DNA of 64,000 nt from Eledone cirrhosa (lineage: Eukaryota). The stretch spans positions 326,492,001 to 326,556,000 of the forward strand of contig OZ024743.1 of NCBI GenBank assembly GCA_964016885.1. The letters run 5' to 3'. A program made the translations under genes and the position numbers. The number at the start of each line of letters is the position of its first letter. Positions within the stretch are counted from its first letter, which is position 1. The notes under the pieces are model-generated. The model saw only the letters and a program-made list of their open reading frames with translations. It ran no database searches and was not told the origin of the DNA. Shown here piece after piece: positions 46,085 through 57,580 of the stretch.

Positions 46085-46388
46085 TATGCACATATATATA
46101 TATATCTGTATGGGAATGTTCTGCAGGAAAAAGGTGGCAGAGTTTGGGTTTTCTTCCTGGCTGCCTGAAGAGCAATTCGCTGAAACTTAGAGGTGACTGC
46201 CACCTTTTTTTTTTCTCACGAGAAATAATTCTGACTCTCTGTTCACACGTCTCGAGAACTCGTTCTGTTATTGTTTCTACGTTTTAAGTACACTAGTATT
46301 TAAAAGACGTATGTGTAGGTACGTGGGTGTGTGGGTACATACACATATATACATATAACTATTGCTAGTACTATGTGTTTAGTATTAT

Positions 46389-47142
46389 ATCGGTGGAGGG
46401 TTGGACATGCTTTCCAGCTAATTATGTAACTTTGCCTTTCATCCTTACGGGGTCGATAAAATAAAGTACCAGTAATGTACTGGGTAATTGCTGGCCTTGT
46501 GCCAAAAGTAGAAACAATTATTTATGGTGGATTGGCAGTATCGGTAGAGGGTCTGACACCATGCTTTGACGCATAGAGTTACGGCCCTTGTCATTCTGAG
46601 TTCAAATCTCGCGGAGGTTAACTTTGCTTTTCATCCTTACGGGGTCGATAAAATAAAGTACCAGTAATACACTGGGATAATTACTGGCCTTGTGCCAAAA
46701 GTAGAAACAATTATTTATGGATTGACATAAGGACAGTGGATTGGCAGTATTGGTAGAGGGTTGGACGCCATGCTTTGCAGCATAGAGTTACAGCCCTTTA
46801 TGATCTGAGTTCAAATCCCGCCGAGATTAAGTTTGCCTTTCATTCTTACAGGGTCGGTAAAATAAAGTACCAGTAACGCACTGGGGTCGATTTAATCGAC
46901 TTTCCCATCCTCCCAAATTGCTGGCCTTGTGCCTATATAAGAAACCATTATTTATGGATGGTCAGTATCGGTCGAGACTTGGACGTTATGCTTTGCAGCA
47001 AAAAGTTTCGCCCCTTTACGGTCTGAGTTCAAATCCCGCCGAGGTTAACTTTGCCTTTCATCCTTACGGGGTCGATAAAATTAAGCACCAGTAATGTACT
47101 GGGGAAATTGTTGGCCTTGTAGCAAAAGTTGAAACAATTATT
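46389..47142 (+). mobile_element. Head-to-tail cluster of four SINE family 1 copies
   Basis: Copies at about 46389, 46526, 46736 and 46956, each ending gaaac(a/c)attatt. Confidence 0.9.
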
Positions 47143-47267
47143 TGTTAGTCTTGTGGACGCAATCAGAAATGTTTTTTACTTTTCTATACAAGCTATTCAA
47201 TACTAAATAAATACTTCATAATTACTACATTCTTTCTATTACTACACTAGCTTTTCTCATTGGAATG

Positions 47268-47965
47268 GACCTCCGTTGGTTTCAACGATGAGTGTTCCAG
47301 TTATTCTATCAATGGAACAGCCTACTCGTGAATTGATGTGGAAGTAGTTGAATATTCCACAGACACGCGTAGTCTTAACGTAATTCTCGGGAAGATTCAG
47401 CGTGACAGTGTGTGACAATGCTGACCCTTTGAAAAGGTTAGTTATCTTATAATATTATTCAACTTTTCAAAATTAATTGATACATATAGGCACTGTATTT
47501 CTGTAGAAATACAGTGCCTATATGTATAGATTTCTGTAGAAATATGACAACAAAAGGCTTAAATCCCGAATCTCAAATATATCGCGTGAAGACGATGAGA
47601 TGGACACTGTTTGAATGTCTAGACGACCAAACTTGAATTCCTGGGATAATCACCTACACGCCCCTTACCATCGGAACAGCTTGCTTATGAAATTAACGTG
47701 TAAGTAGCTGAGCAGTCTACAGACATTAATAAAATTCTCAAGAAGGTTCAGTGTGATACAGAGTATAACAAGGCTGGCCTTTTGAAATGCAGGCACAGTC
47801 CATCCGACGGGCTTCCAAACAGCTTCCGTCTACCCAATTTCCCTCACTAGACATGGATAGATCTGAGGCTATGATAAATGACACTTATTCAAGATGCCAC
47901 GCTGTGGGATCGAACACGAGACAAAATGATTATGAAGCGAACTCGTGAACCATTCGACCATGCTA
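47268..47965 (-). mobile_element. SINE family 2 copies and fragments
   Basis: tRNA-like head at about 47900-47962 (tggtcgaatggtt...gttcgatcc); body ccacagacac..ttaacgtaattctc. Confidence 0.7.
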
Positions 47966-49609
47966 TGTCCATAGACAGAATATAGTGTAGGCACAAATAA
48001 GAGGAAATTTCTTACAAGAGTGGCGACGAAAACAGTTGTGCTGTGATTCCCATTTCCATGATAGCTGTTTGATGTTTTCAATGCACTAAACGATTCCATC
48101 CATTTGAGATATTGTGAAGATAGGCACATTCTTAGTGTTGATATTGTGTCTGTCAACTGAATAGATTAGCAGTACGACTGGTTTGAAGGGTTGTTAGAGA
48201 GGAATTAATGCAATGAACAACGAGATTTTCAATATAATTTGAAATTCTGAATTGATCCGGGCATATAGTGAGAACGGTTGAACGAGCAATAAACCAACAC
48301 AGCACTTACTTGAAGAATTGTTAAACTTTATTTCAATATCTTTTCAGTGTTTTTCAATACACCTTTCAAATTACGGTGCACGACCGATTAGAAAAAGATT
48401 ATCGCTGATGATTAACGTAAATAGACAACAGAAATTTACTAAGTTAGAAATTATTGCTGATAGTCTTATCGGGATAATGTGCATTTAATGCATCGTATAA
48501 AGATAATTTCATCTTGAAATCCTCCAAGCAATAACTAGTAATACGAACAAAGCAAGCAGAAGTTGGCTTACATGCTGTCCAAATCTGCGATATCTGCTTG
48601 TAAAGTGATATTGAATTGTTTTTTAAAAATGTGCTTACTTTTAAATCTAATTACAAAGTTTCACTAAAACTGACCTAAATCACAAAATATTTTTTTCTAG
48701 GAAACAAATTGCCCATTTTCCGCGCGTAGCTTGCTATGAAAGTGTCTTGGTGTCTTCACCAGCTGATAGTGATGTCTAAGGTTTAAAGTGTGCTGTGACG
48801 TCCATTGCTATAACCAAGTTAACTTACAGGAAACTTTCTTTTTGCTCAACAAAAATGTATCGTCCAAAATTTATAACATGTCTTATAACCCATTGGATCA
48901 TACATATGACTATCTGACCTTATTGTCTTATAGCGTATTTCGGGTTAGTCAATTTGACGAAGCTCATCTCTCTCCCAGTTACATCCATGATAGGAGTTCA
49001 ACAAATCACGAGAATCTAACAATGCAATCGTTAATTTTGCAGTGTTGCCTCTGTTTTAGTTTAAGTCTGTTCTAAGCCGGAGACTCATCAGGCCGGTGCT
49101 TATCCCTGGTTAACCTTGGCGTTAAGCGACTGGGAGTACAAAACCTTCCCTGGATAGGAGGCCTGTCTATCGCAGTTGCCTCTGCTTACGTGGAACATAT
49201 TTAGGGTTATGTGGAATAGGCCGTAAAGCGCCGGTTGCTGTTGGTCACAATTATAATACTCATCACCCTTACAGTATTTTCACCTTACTTAATGAGATAA
49301 ATTATTATCCTACCTTGCTGTACTTGTTGTAAAGTTAGGTCGACCCAACCGTTAAATAACACGGTCACAAATACTACTTGGTCTTTGAGACAGGGTAGAT
49401 GAAAACCACCAATCTTTCACTTATTTGTCCGGTAGCTTATCGATGTGGCCATCTGCGCTTTTAATATAAATGTTTTGAAATCGATATATTGATTAGCATA
49501 GTAACTCATGTCAATTAGTCCACCATGGAATGATTTCTAGATATTCGGATGGCTTATATGACTCCTACGTATTCGAAAATATCGCAGACATAAAAGAGAC
49601 AACATCAAC

Positions 49610-49611
49610 GG

Positions 49612-49649
<38 letters not shown>

Positions 49650-49717
49650 GCAGCAGCAACAGCAGCAGTAGTAGCAGTAGCAGCAGCAGCAGCAGTAGTA
49701 GTAGTAGCAGCAGCAGC

Positions 49718-49774
<57 letters not shown>

Positions 49775-49799
49775 GGTGGTGGTGGTGGTGGTGGTGGTG

Positions 49800-49844
<45 letters not shown>

Positions 49845-49845
49845 T
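49610..49845. repeat. Compound trinucleotide repeat (CAG/CAA)-(TAG)-(TGG)-(TAG)
   Basis: Direct inspection. Confidence 0.95.
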
Positions 49846-50336
49846 GGAGACACACATTGGAGACTAGTATAGTAACGGTTGAGGAATAAATATATTTCAG
49901 TAAGTATTCAGAAATGAAGATATTGTAACATAATCTCCGATTAAGTGATCAGGTCTCACTCTGCATACAAGATTTTACAGCCATGTGTAAGGTGAGCCCG
50001 ACATAAACAAAAAGAGCTGTCAAGCGTAAACCATTGGATGTTACAAGGACTCAAATAACAGTACATCCTCACAGCAGTTCAGAAGAGATCGAAGGAACTT
50101 AGCAGCTCGTAAATAGAAAACAAATATATATGTATATTTATTATTATAATTATGCCTTATATGTCGTATGTGTGACTGAAATATTCCAGTCGTATTAACA
50201 TTAGCAACTACTGCACAATACAGCCAATGATGGCAGACTTTAAGTGGCCACAGGACCTGCTAGAAATAGCAGTCATCTCCTTCAAATCAAAGTCTGTCTT
50301 AGGAAGGTTATATTACATAATGTAGTCTTAGATATA

Positions 50337-50521
50337 ATTGTTTCTACTTTTGGCACAAGGCCAGCAATTATCCAGTGCATTACTGGTACTTTATTTTATC
50401 GACCCCGTAAGGATGAAAGGCAAAGTCAACCTCGGCGGGATTTGAACTCAGATCGTAAAGGGACGTAACTATGCTGGAAAGCACGGCGTCCGACCCTCTA
50501 TCGACACTGCCAATCCACCGC
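50337..50521 (-). mobile_element. SINE family 1 with flanking direct repeat gtcttagatataat
   Basis: Full-length reverse copy; the flanking repeat reads attatatctaagac on the element strand. Confidence 0.9.
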
Positions 50522-50629
50522 CCTTAGATAGTCTTAGATATAATATGTCTGAAAATATGACTGGAAACGCTTTTCGTTATTGGCCAGGGCTGAGATTAAT
50601 CAACAACTACCACACAATGAATGATTGAA

Positions 50630-50910
50630 TGAACCTCTGACGAAAGTTCCAGTTGTTCTGCCAACGAAACAGCCTGCTTATAAAATGAACGTGCAAGTGG
50701 CTGAGCATTCCACAGACCCGTATGCTATTAACATAATTCACGGGGGAATTCAGCGTCACAGTGTATAAGAAAGCTAGCCTTTTGAATAACAGACACAGTT
50801 CATCCAACGGGCTTCCAAACAATTTCCATCTAGACAATTTCACTCAGAAGGCATGGGTTGACCTGATACTGTGATAAATGTCATTTGTCGTCCAAGATGC
50901 CACACTGTGA
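50630..50910 (-). mobile_element. SINE family 2 copy (further pieces at 51680-51830 and 52123-52310)
   Basis: aacagcctgct..aacgtgcaagtggctgagcattccacagac body is shared among the copies. Confidence 0.7.
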
Positions 50911-51417
50911 TACTACACAATATTTGCGAGACAATGTCGACCTTTGGTATTATAAGGTAAAGGACTACCTACGCCACAGAAATACAGTGAGATCTTGGAT
51001 ATCTATATATTCTATTTGTCGTTATTGTTGTTGTTCTTTAGCCTTACTCAGACCTTATCAAATATGCTCTTGACTTCATCATTTATTTCTAGGGCTATAT
51101 TATATAGTCCAATGACAGTGTAATATATTACCCAATAATCACTGAGAGATGTCCTCAGTAATGAAATAATTTCACTAAATAAATATAAACATTTTAGAAG
51201 TAATACAAATGCCAGCAGTTGATTTAAAGTACGTTTTTAGATTTTCAAAATTTACATCCAGCAACATTTTATTTATTTATGCTTATTTTATTTGGATTTT
51301 TTTACTTTAGTCTATATCAGTGATTTATAAATGTATTTTACGAACAATCCCCACCACCCTAAATTTAATACGACATTAATTGAGACACGAATTGTGTTAG
51401 AAAGAGAAATTGTTCAT

Positions 51418-51585
51418 ATAATTGTTTCTAACAAGGCCATCAATTTGGCGAGAGGTATAAGTTGATTACAATGACCCCAGTGCTTGACTTGTACTTTATT
51501 TTATCGAATCCGGAAGGATGAAAGGCAAATACGACCTCGGCAAAGCATTTGTCCAACACTCTAACGACACTGCAAATCAACCACC
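51418..51585 (-). mobile_element. Diverged SINE family 1 relative
   Basis: gtactttattttatcga..ggaaggatgaaaggcaaa..gacctcggc core. Confidence 0.7.
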
Positions 51586-51842
51586 CTTGTTTCTTTGAGC
51601 AAGACACTTTATTTCACGCTGTTCCTGTTCACTCGGCTGATTATTATCGTACCTTTAATTCAAAGAGCCGACCTTAGCTTACCATGTGTCACGCTGAATT
51701 CTTCTAACTATGTTAAGAGTACACGTACCAGTGGAATGCTCAGCCACTTGTGTGTTAACTTCACAAGCAGGCTGTTGCATTGATCGAATAAACCGGAACA
51801 CTCATCATCGTAATCGACCGAGGTCCCTCACCACGCAACAGA

Positions 51843-52035
51843 AACTACACACGTTACAATTAGACTACACAAAACACACATGTGAGTTACAATTACACAC
51901 GTTAGAGTTACACTACTGAAAACACACATGTGAGTTAAAACTACACACGTTAGATTTACACAATAAAAACACACATGTGAGTTAAAACTACACACGTTGG
52001 AGTTAGACTACACAAAACATACATGTGTGTTAAAT
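51843..52035. repeat. Minisatellite, about four units of roughly 40-50 bp
   Basis: aaactacacacgttag..ttacac..aaaacacacatgtgagtt repeated. Confidence 0.8.
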
Positions 52036-52588
52036 TCTTAGACATGAGCCCAGTACAGCGTCAATTACGATTAATGGAGAATCAACTATTTGGTTCCGGA
52101 CTTCATATTGAGTGGAATAGAATAGACCTCCATCGGTTTCGACGATGAGTGTTCCATCCTACTCACGAAATTAATGTGTAAGTGGCTGGGCATTCCACAG
52201 ACACGTGCAGCTTTAACGTAATTCTCGGGTAGATTCAACATGACTGAATGTGTGACAAAGTAAACCCTTTGAATTACATGTACAGTCCATTCCACAGACT
52301 TCCAAACAGTTTTATTTAAATAAATAAATAAAATAAAAATGGTGTAGATATTACAATACAATGGGAGGAAACATAATAATAGCACTGATAATGTCACAGG
52401 TGATGACGAAAGAACTTTGATAGACTATATATATATATATATTTATATCAATATTTTTAACCGTTGGTCAAACAATGAGAAACATTGATTGCCAGACAAA
52501 TTAACTATGGAGATATAAAAGATAGAGAAGTGAAAACCAATCCAAATCAAACAGTGAATGTGTTTTATTATTATTTCTGGGAATAGAG

Positions 52589-52797
52589 CGGTGGATTGGC
52601 AGTATCGGTAGAGTCGGACACCATGCTTTACAGCATAGAGTTACGGTCCTTTACGGTCTGAGTTCAAATCCCGCCGAGGTTAACTTTGCCTTTCATCCTT
52701 ACGGGGTCGATAAAATAAAGCACCAGTAACGTACTGGGTCGATTTAATCGACTTTCCCCAAATTACTGGCCTTGTGCCTATACTTGAAATCATTATT
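52589..52797 (+). mobile_element. SINE family 1 (long variant with gtcgatttaatcgac hairpin)
   Basis: Head, core and 3' end ggccttgtgcctatacttgaaatcattatt. Confidence 0.9.
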
Positions 52798-52816
52798 CAA
52801 TATGACCCTCCCCAAA

Positions 52817-52861
<45 letters not shown>

Positions 52862-52868
<7 letters not shown>

Positions 52869-53074
52869 ATACTTTGGGAGGGTCATGTTGCCAATAAGAA
52901 ACACACGCACCAGTTGCTTTCACTCCAATTTATTATAAATTAAGAAATCTTTAAAAAAAATAAAAATAAATTTTTTTTTTATTTTTATTTCTTAATTTAT
53001 AATAAATTGGAGTGAAAGCAACTGGTGCGTGTGTTTCTTATTGGCAACATGACCCTCCCAAAGTATAACAATAT
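52862..53074. repeat. Fold-back inverted repeat, arms about 85 bp
   Basis: tattgttatactttgggagggtcatg... / ...catgaccctcccaaagtataacaata. Confidence 0.92.
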
Positions 53075-53610
53075 CGGTTTCAACACACGTTTTCAGATAA
53101 AGAATCTTGCTAAACAAATTCAGAAACGAAATATATATATATATATGAAAAATATGGGTGAGAAGAATACTGCTGGTTGCACATGGATAACATGTTATAA
53201 AATGAGTCCCTCATCAGTGATTTACCAAACGATCATGGGTATTTCATCGCATTAAAAATCATATACCTCACGTTGGAGCGATAATAACTAAAATAAGTTA
53301 TTAGGACAATAGAAATGCGTAAAGCGAGTGAGACAAGTAAACAACACAGGGGGAAGCTAACCGAAGATGGAAATAAACACAAGCAACATAGTTATTCTTT
53401 CAGCATAAGCTGTGTTAATATATGCGCGAGTCAGAAACAGACCTTTCGCTAGTGAATCCGGTGTTAGAAAGAAGGAAAACCGTTTTCACAGCGAACGGGA
53501 GGAAGAAAGAAGGGGAGAAACAGGGACTGAGTGAATGGGAGTGCGAGGAAGAGGTCAGTAGAGAGAAAGTGTTAACTGACATGGCAGAGGGGACGAAAGA
53601 AAGTAAGAGA

Positions 53611-53665
<55 letters not shown>

Positions 53666-54058
53666 AAATATAGAGAAAAATACTGCAGGTAGCACATGGA
53701 TAACATGTAATAAAATGAGTCCCTCATCAGTGATTTGCCGAAGATCATAGATATTTCATTGCATTAAAAATCATATATCTCACGTCGGTGCAATAATAAC
53801 CAAAATAAGTTATTAGGACAATTAAAACCAGTGAAGCGAGTGAGACAGGAGAACAACAGAGTAAAGCTAACCAGGGGAAAGAAACAAGCTTCAAAAATTA
53901 TTCTGTTTAGCATAAGCTAGGTGAATATATGAGCGCTTTGAGAATAGACCCGACACGAGCGAAGGCTATGAGCGGAGAGAGAAAAATAGCGTTCGTGGTG
54001 TACAGGATGAAATGAAGAGAAGAGAGAGAAAAACAGTGAGTGAGTGAAAGTGTGAGGA

Positions 54059-54107
<49 letters not shown>

Positions 54108-54664
54108 AAGTTTTAAATATGTCTTCCTGCTAGGTACGGGTATGTTCTTTGTAGAAATATTCAGATGTTGTTTCTGCATGTTTTATATAAGACAATAGAG
54201 TGCTCAACCGATTATTACTTTTATGATTTTAATAACCTCTGTCATTTTCGTTCTACTAATTCATTTACATTATTCTTAACTCCGAAGCCGAGAATTATTC
54301 GGTTTCCTAAATAGAATATTAGTCTATGACTCCTTTTATACCATAAACGTGGTTTTGTCTTTGCGTGTAATTGTTCTCATCGCTTCACATAACGACGTAT
54401 TATCTACGCTTTTTTCCGTTCGTTGCCAAGGAACGTCTTCACGAACTAAAGTATCGTCTTCCTTTGGTTGCAACGGTTTTCGAAAGATTTACTTCTGCGT
54501 TCACAGATTGATTTTTTTAGTTTCAGAAGATCGCGTTAAGGGTGAAAGCAGCGATTCTTTGCTTAAACTTTAATCTGTTATTTTAACAAATATTTTCTGT
54601 AGGGTTCTTATATATTTTATATATATTTATCCTTATCGAGCCCTCTTTGGATTTTAGTCTTCGC

Positions 54665-54812
<148 letters not shown>

Positions 54813-54849
54813 ATGTATGTATGTGTATATATATATATATATATATATA

Positions 54850-55700
54850 AGTAAAAAACAATAACAAAGAGTGCAGTACGAACAGTCTTGGTATTAGGTT
54901 AACGCTTGAGAGTGGGGGTGGGGACGACGGTTCGGGCATAAGCCCTTCATCAGGAGAAAAATGGGGAGGAAAAGAGTTCCGAGGTTGTGAGGGGGTGTGG
55001 TGGAAAGACATTAAAGGGGGGGTTAAAAGGAAGGGGAAAAAATGTGAAAATGAAAACAATTGGTGAAAGGTGTGAGGCGTGTAGAGGTGGTGGGTGGATT
55101 GAGGGGGGCGTCCTAGCGGGGAGGGCGGAAGGTGGTGTGTGTGTGTATGTGTGTAGGTGTACGTGTGTGTGTGTGTGTATGTGTGGATGTGAGTGTGAGA
55201 GTTTGGGGAAGAACGAGGTTCCATGCTCGGGTAATAGGAAAACCAGTGTCTACATGAGATGGGGTGTAAGTCAGTGTGTGTGTGCGTGTGGATGGAGAGG
55301 GGTCGGAGGAGAGGGGGCGTGCGGATTATGGATGCTGAGTAGGTGTATGTGAGGATACGCACGTGTGTGTGTTTGTGTGTGCTGTGGATACGTGGGAATG
55401 TATGGTTGCGTGTGTACAAAAAAGGTGTAAGCGTTTGTGTGTGTTCCTGAATGTTTTCCCGGTGAGTGTGTGGTCGGATGGTGAAAAATCCCGGATGATA
55501 TCGGGTAGAGTCCAGAGAGAGTGACCAGCGGTGTAGGATCCGTGGAATTGGTGAAGAGGAAGTAGAAAGTTGTGGGGCGCGCGCAACAGGAAGTGGTCAA
55601 GAAAGTCAAGGCAGGGGTGGAGAAGGCAGAGCGAAGGATGCGAGAGAGAGAGGGGGGAGATAGCAGTCAAGAGGGTAAGTGACAGACAGGCGAGTGGTAT
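54850..55700 (-). mobile_element. Non-coding PLE-type fragment (family of 13740-14365) with a variant hammerhead core
   Basis: Minus strand CTGATGA-a-GGGC-ttat-GCCC-GAAC-cgtc at about 54925-54953. Confidence 0.6.
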
Positions 55701-55743
55701 TTGGCAGGTGTATATGTATGTACATACTTATATATATGTATGC

Positions 55744-55806
<63 letters not shown>

Positions 55807-55812
55807 AACGAG

Positions 55813-56880
55813 TAGGTTGTGTTCACGGAGTTGCCAGTTCTTGTTGGCGAGCGTGGTCACAAAACGGTGATCAGGATGTTTAATTGAGAATCGATGACGG
55901 TACCAGCGGCACATCCTTTAAATCTCGCTGGTACCGTCATCGATTCTCAATTAAACATCCTGATCACCGTTTTGTGACCACGCTCGCCAACAAGACCTGG
56001 CAACTCCGTGAACGCAACCAACAGTTCACCTTGAAATGGGATATACTTTCCAGCGCAAGTGCATATCGGAGTGGATTGAAGTACTGCAGGTTATGTAACC
56101 TTGAACTCTTTTACATCTTAAAATCCAAAAATAAATTACTAAATGATAGAATCGAACGATCATTATAGTGCAACAACAAACTGAAGGCTAAATTCTCTCA
56201 CTATAAAATAACTTAACATTCGAACCCGTAACTATAACATTGCTTTCTAGCTAACCACTTTCTCTTCCCCCACACTACAAGACAATACCCTGCTTATCAC
56301 TATAAATGGGAACTTAGTGCAATTCGTAGATTACTACTATGAACCCAATGTTCACCCACCCCATAGCTTTCGTCTGTCCCCTCTCTATCTCTCCCTCTCT
56401 ATCCATTCCACTCTCTCCCTCTCGCCCTAGGTCTACCTCCCTCCCTCTCCACATCTATGAACCTGCCCTCTGGGGCAATAAATAATTCCAACCTTGACTA
56501 TCAACGCATCGCTTAAGGTGGTCGCTTTAAGAGTAACCAGTATAATAAAACCCCTACCACAACATTTTGATTAAGATATCTACAAACCACTCTCTCCCAT
56601 TTCTCCAACCCCTGCATATCTCTCTCTCTCTCTCTTCCTCTCCCCTTCTTTTCTCTCTTCCTTTCTACTCTATCTTCCCCAATAACCTCCCTTAAGGGTA
56701 TTTACATTGTACATTTTAACCATTCTGCTCTGACGATACAGTGGTCACAGCATTTGATAATTGCAAATAGTTATAAATTTGCACATAGCATAACTAGGCT
56801 GTATAACCACCGTGGAAACATTTGTAAGCACAGAATAAATTATCTTTTTATGATGTCTACCTGTTATTATTCATTCTTTA
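55813..56880 (+). mobile_element. Third Penelope-like family: GIY-YIG C-terminal fragment with 5' fold-back and 3' hammerhead
   Basis: [13 protein letters not shown]...TTLANKTWQL...LKWDIL...CRLCNLELFYIL...LLNDR; about 95-bp inverted copy at the 5' end. Confidence 0.75.
56723..56835 (+). ncRNA. Type I hammerhead ribozyme with greatly extended stem II
   Basis: tgct-CTGACGA-tacagtggtcacagc...gctgtataaccaccgtg-GAAA-cattt-GTA-agca. Confidence 0.7.
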
Positions 56881-57144
56881 TATATATACATATATATTTA
56901 TTAAAATAACAGATTAAAGTTTAATCAAAGAATCGCTGCGTTCACCCAAAAGCAGCGATCCTTTGCTTAAACTTTAATCTGTTATTTTAATAAATATTTG
57001 CTCTACGGTTCTTATATATTTGATATATATTTATCCTTATCGAGCCCTCTTTGGATTTTAGTCTTCAAATTTATTATTATTACTATATATATATATATAT
57101 ATACAATATATTAACAAATGTAAACTATATTTATAAAACCATAT

Positions 57145-57215
57145 TTATTTCATTATACATATTTCAAGGACACCAAAGCAAATTATGGTGCGCTTTCATC
57201 AGATAAAATATAATA
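57145..57215 (-). ncRNA. Minimal type I hammerhead ribozyme-like motif
   Basis: Minus strand: CTGATGA-aagcgcacca-loop-tggtgtcctt-GAAA-tat-GTA. Confidence 0.65.
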
Positions 57216-57580
57216 TAGATCAGTTTTATAAACAAAAGTGCTTTATATCAGTTATAAAAATATTTGCTCGTTGTATCCCAACAAATTAAATATAACTTCT
57301 ACATATATATATATATATATTTATATTTATTAAAATAACAAATTAAAGCAAAGAATCGCTGCTTTCACCCTTAACGGGATCTTCTGAAACTAACAAAGTC
57401 AATCTGTAAACGCAGAAGTGAATATTTCAAAAAAGGTTGCAACCGGAGGAAGACAGAAAAACGATACTTTGGTCCGTGGAAACGTTCCCTGGCAAAGAAT
57501 GGGAAAAAACGAATATAATACGTCATTATTTGGAGCGGTGAAAAACAATTACACGCAAAGACAAAACCACGTTTATGGTA

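Noticed and set aside
46389-47142. Repeat-spacer-like array suggestive of CRISPR
   Set aside because: Units are ~190-bp SINEs with Pol III boxes; eukaryotic context and no cas genes.
49088-49185. Resemblance to a conserved SINE central domain (Deu-like)
   Set aside because: Single degraded copy, recalled similarity only; cannot be supported without a search.
49530-49889. Poly-Ala/Val, poly-Thr and poly-Leu ORFs
   Set aside because: Translations of a trinucleotide repeat.
51843-52035. Short regularly spaced repeats
   Set aside because: A minisatellite without unique spacers.
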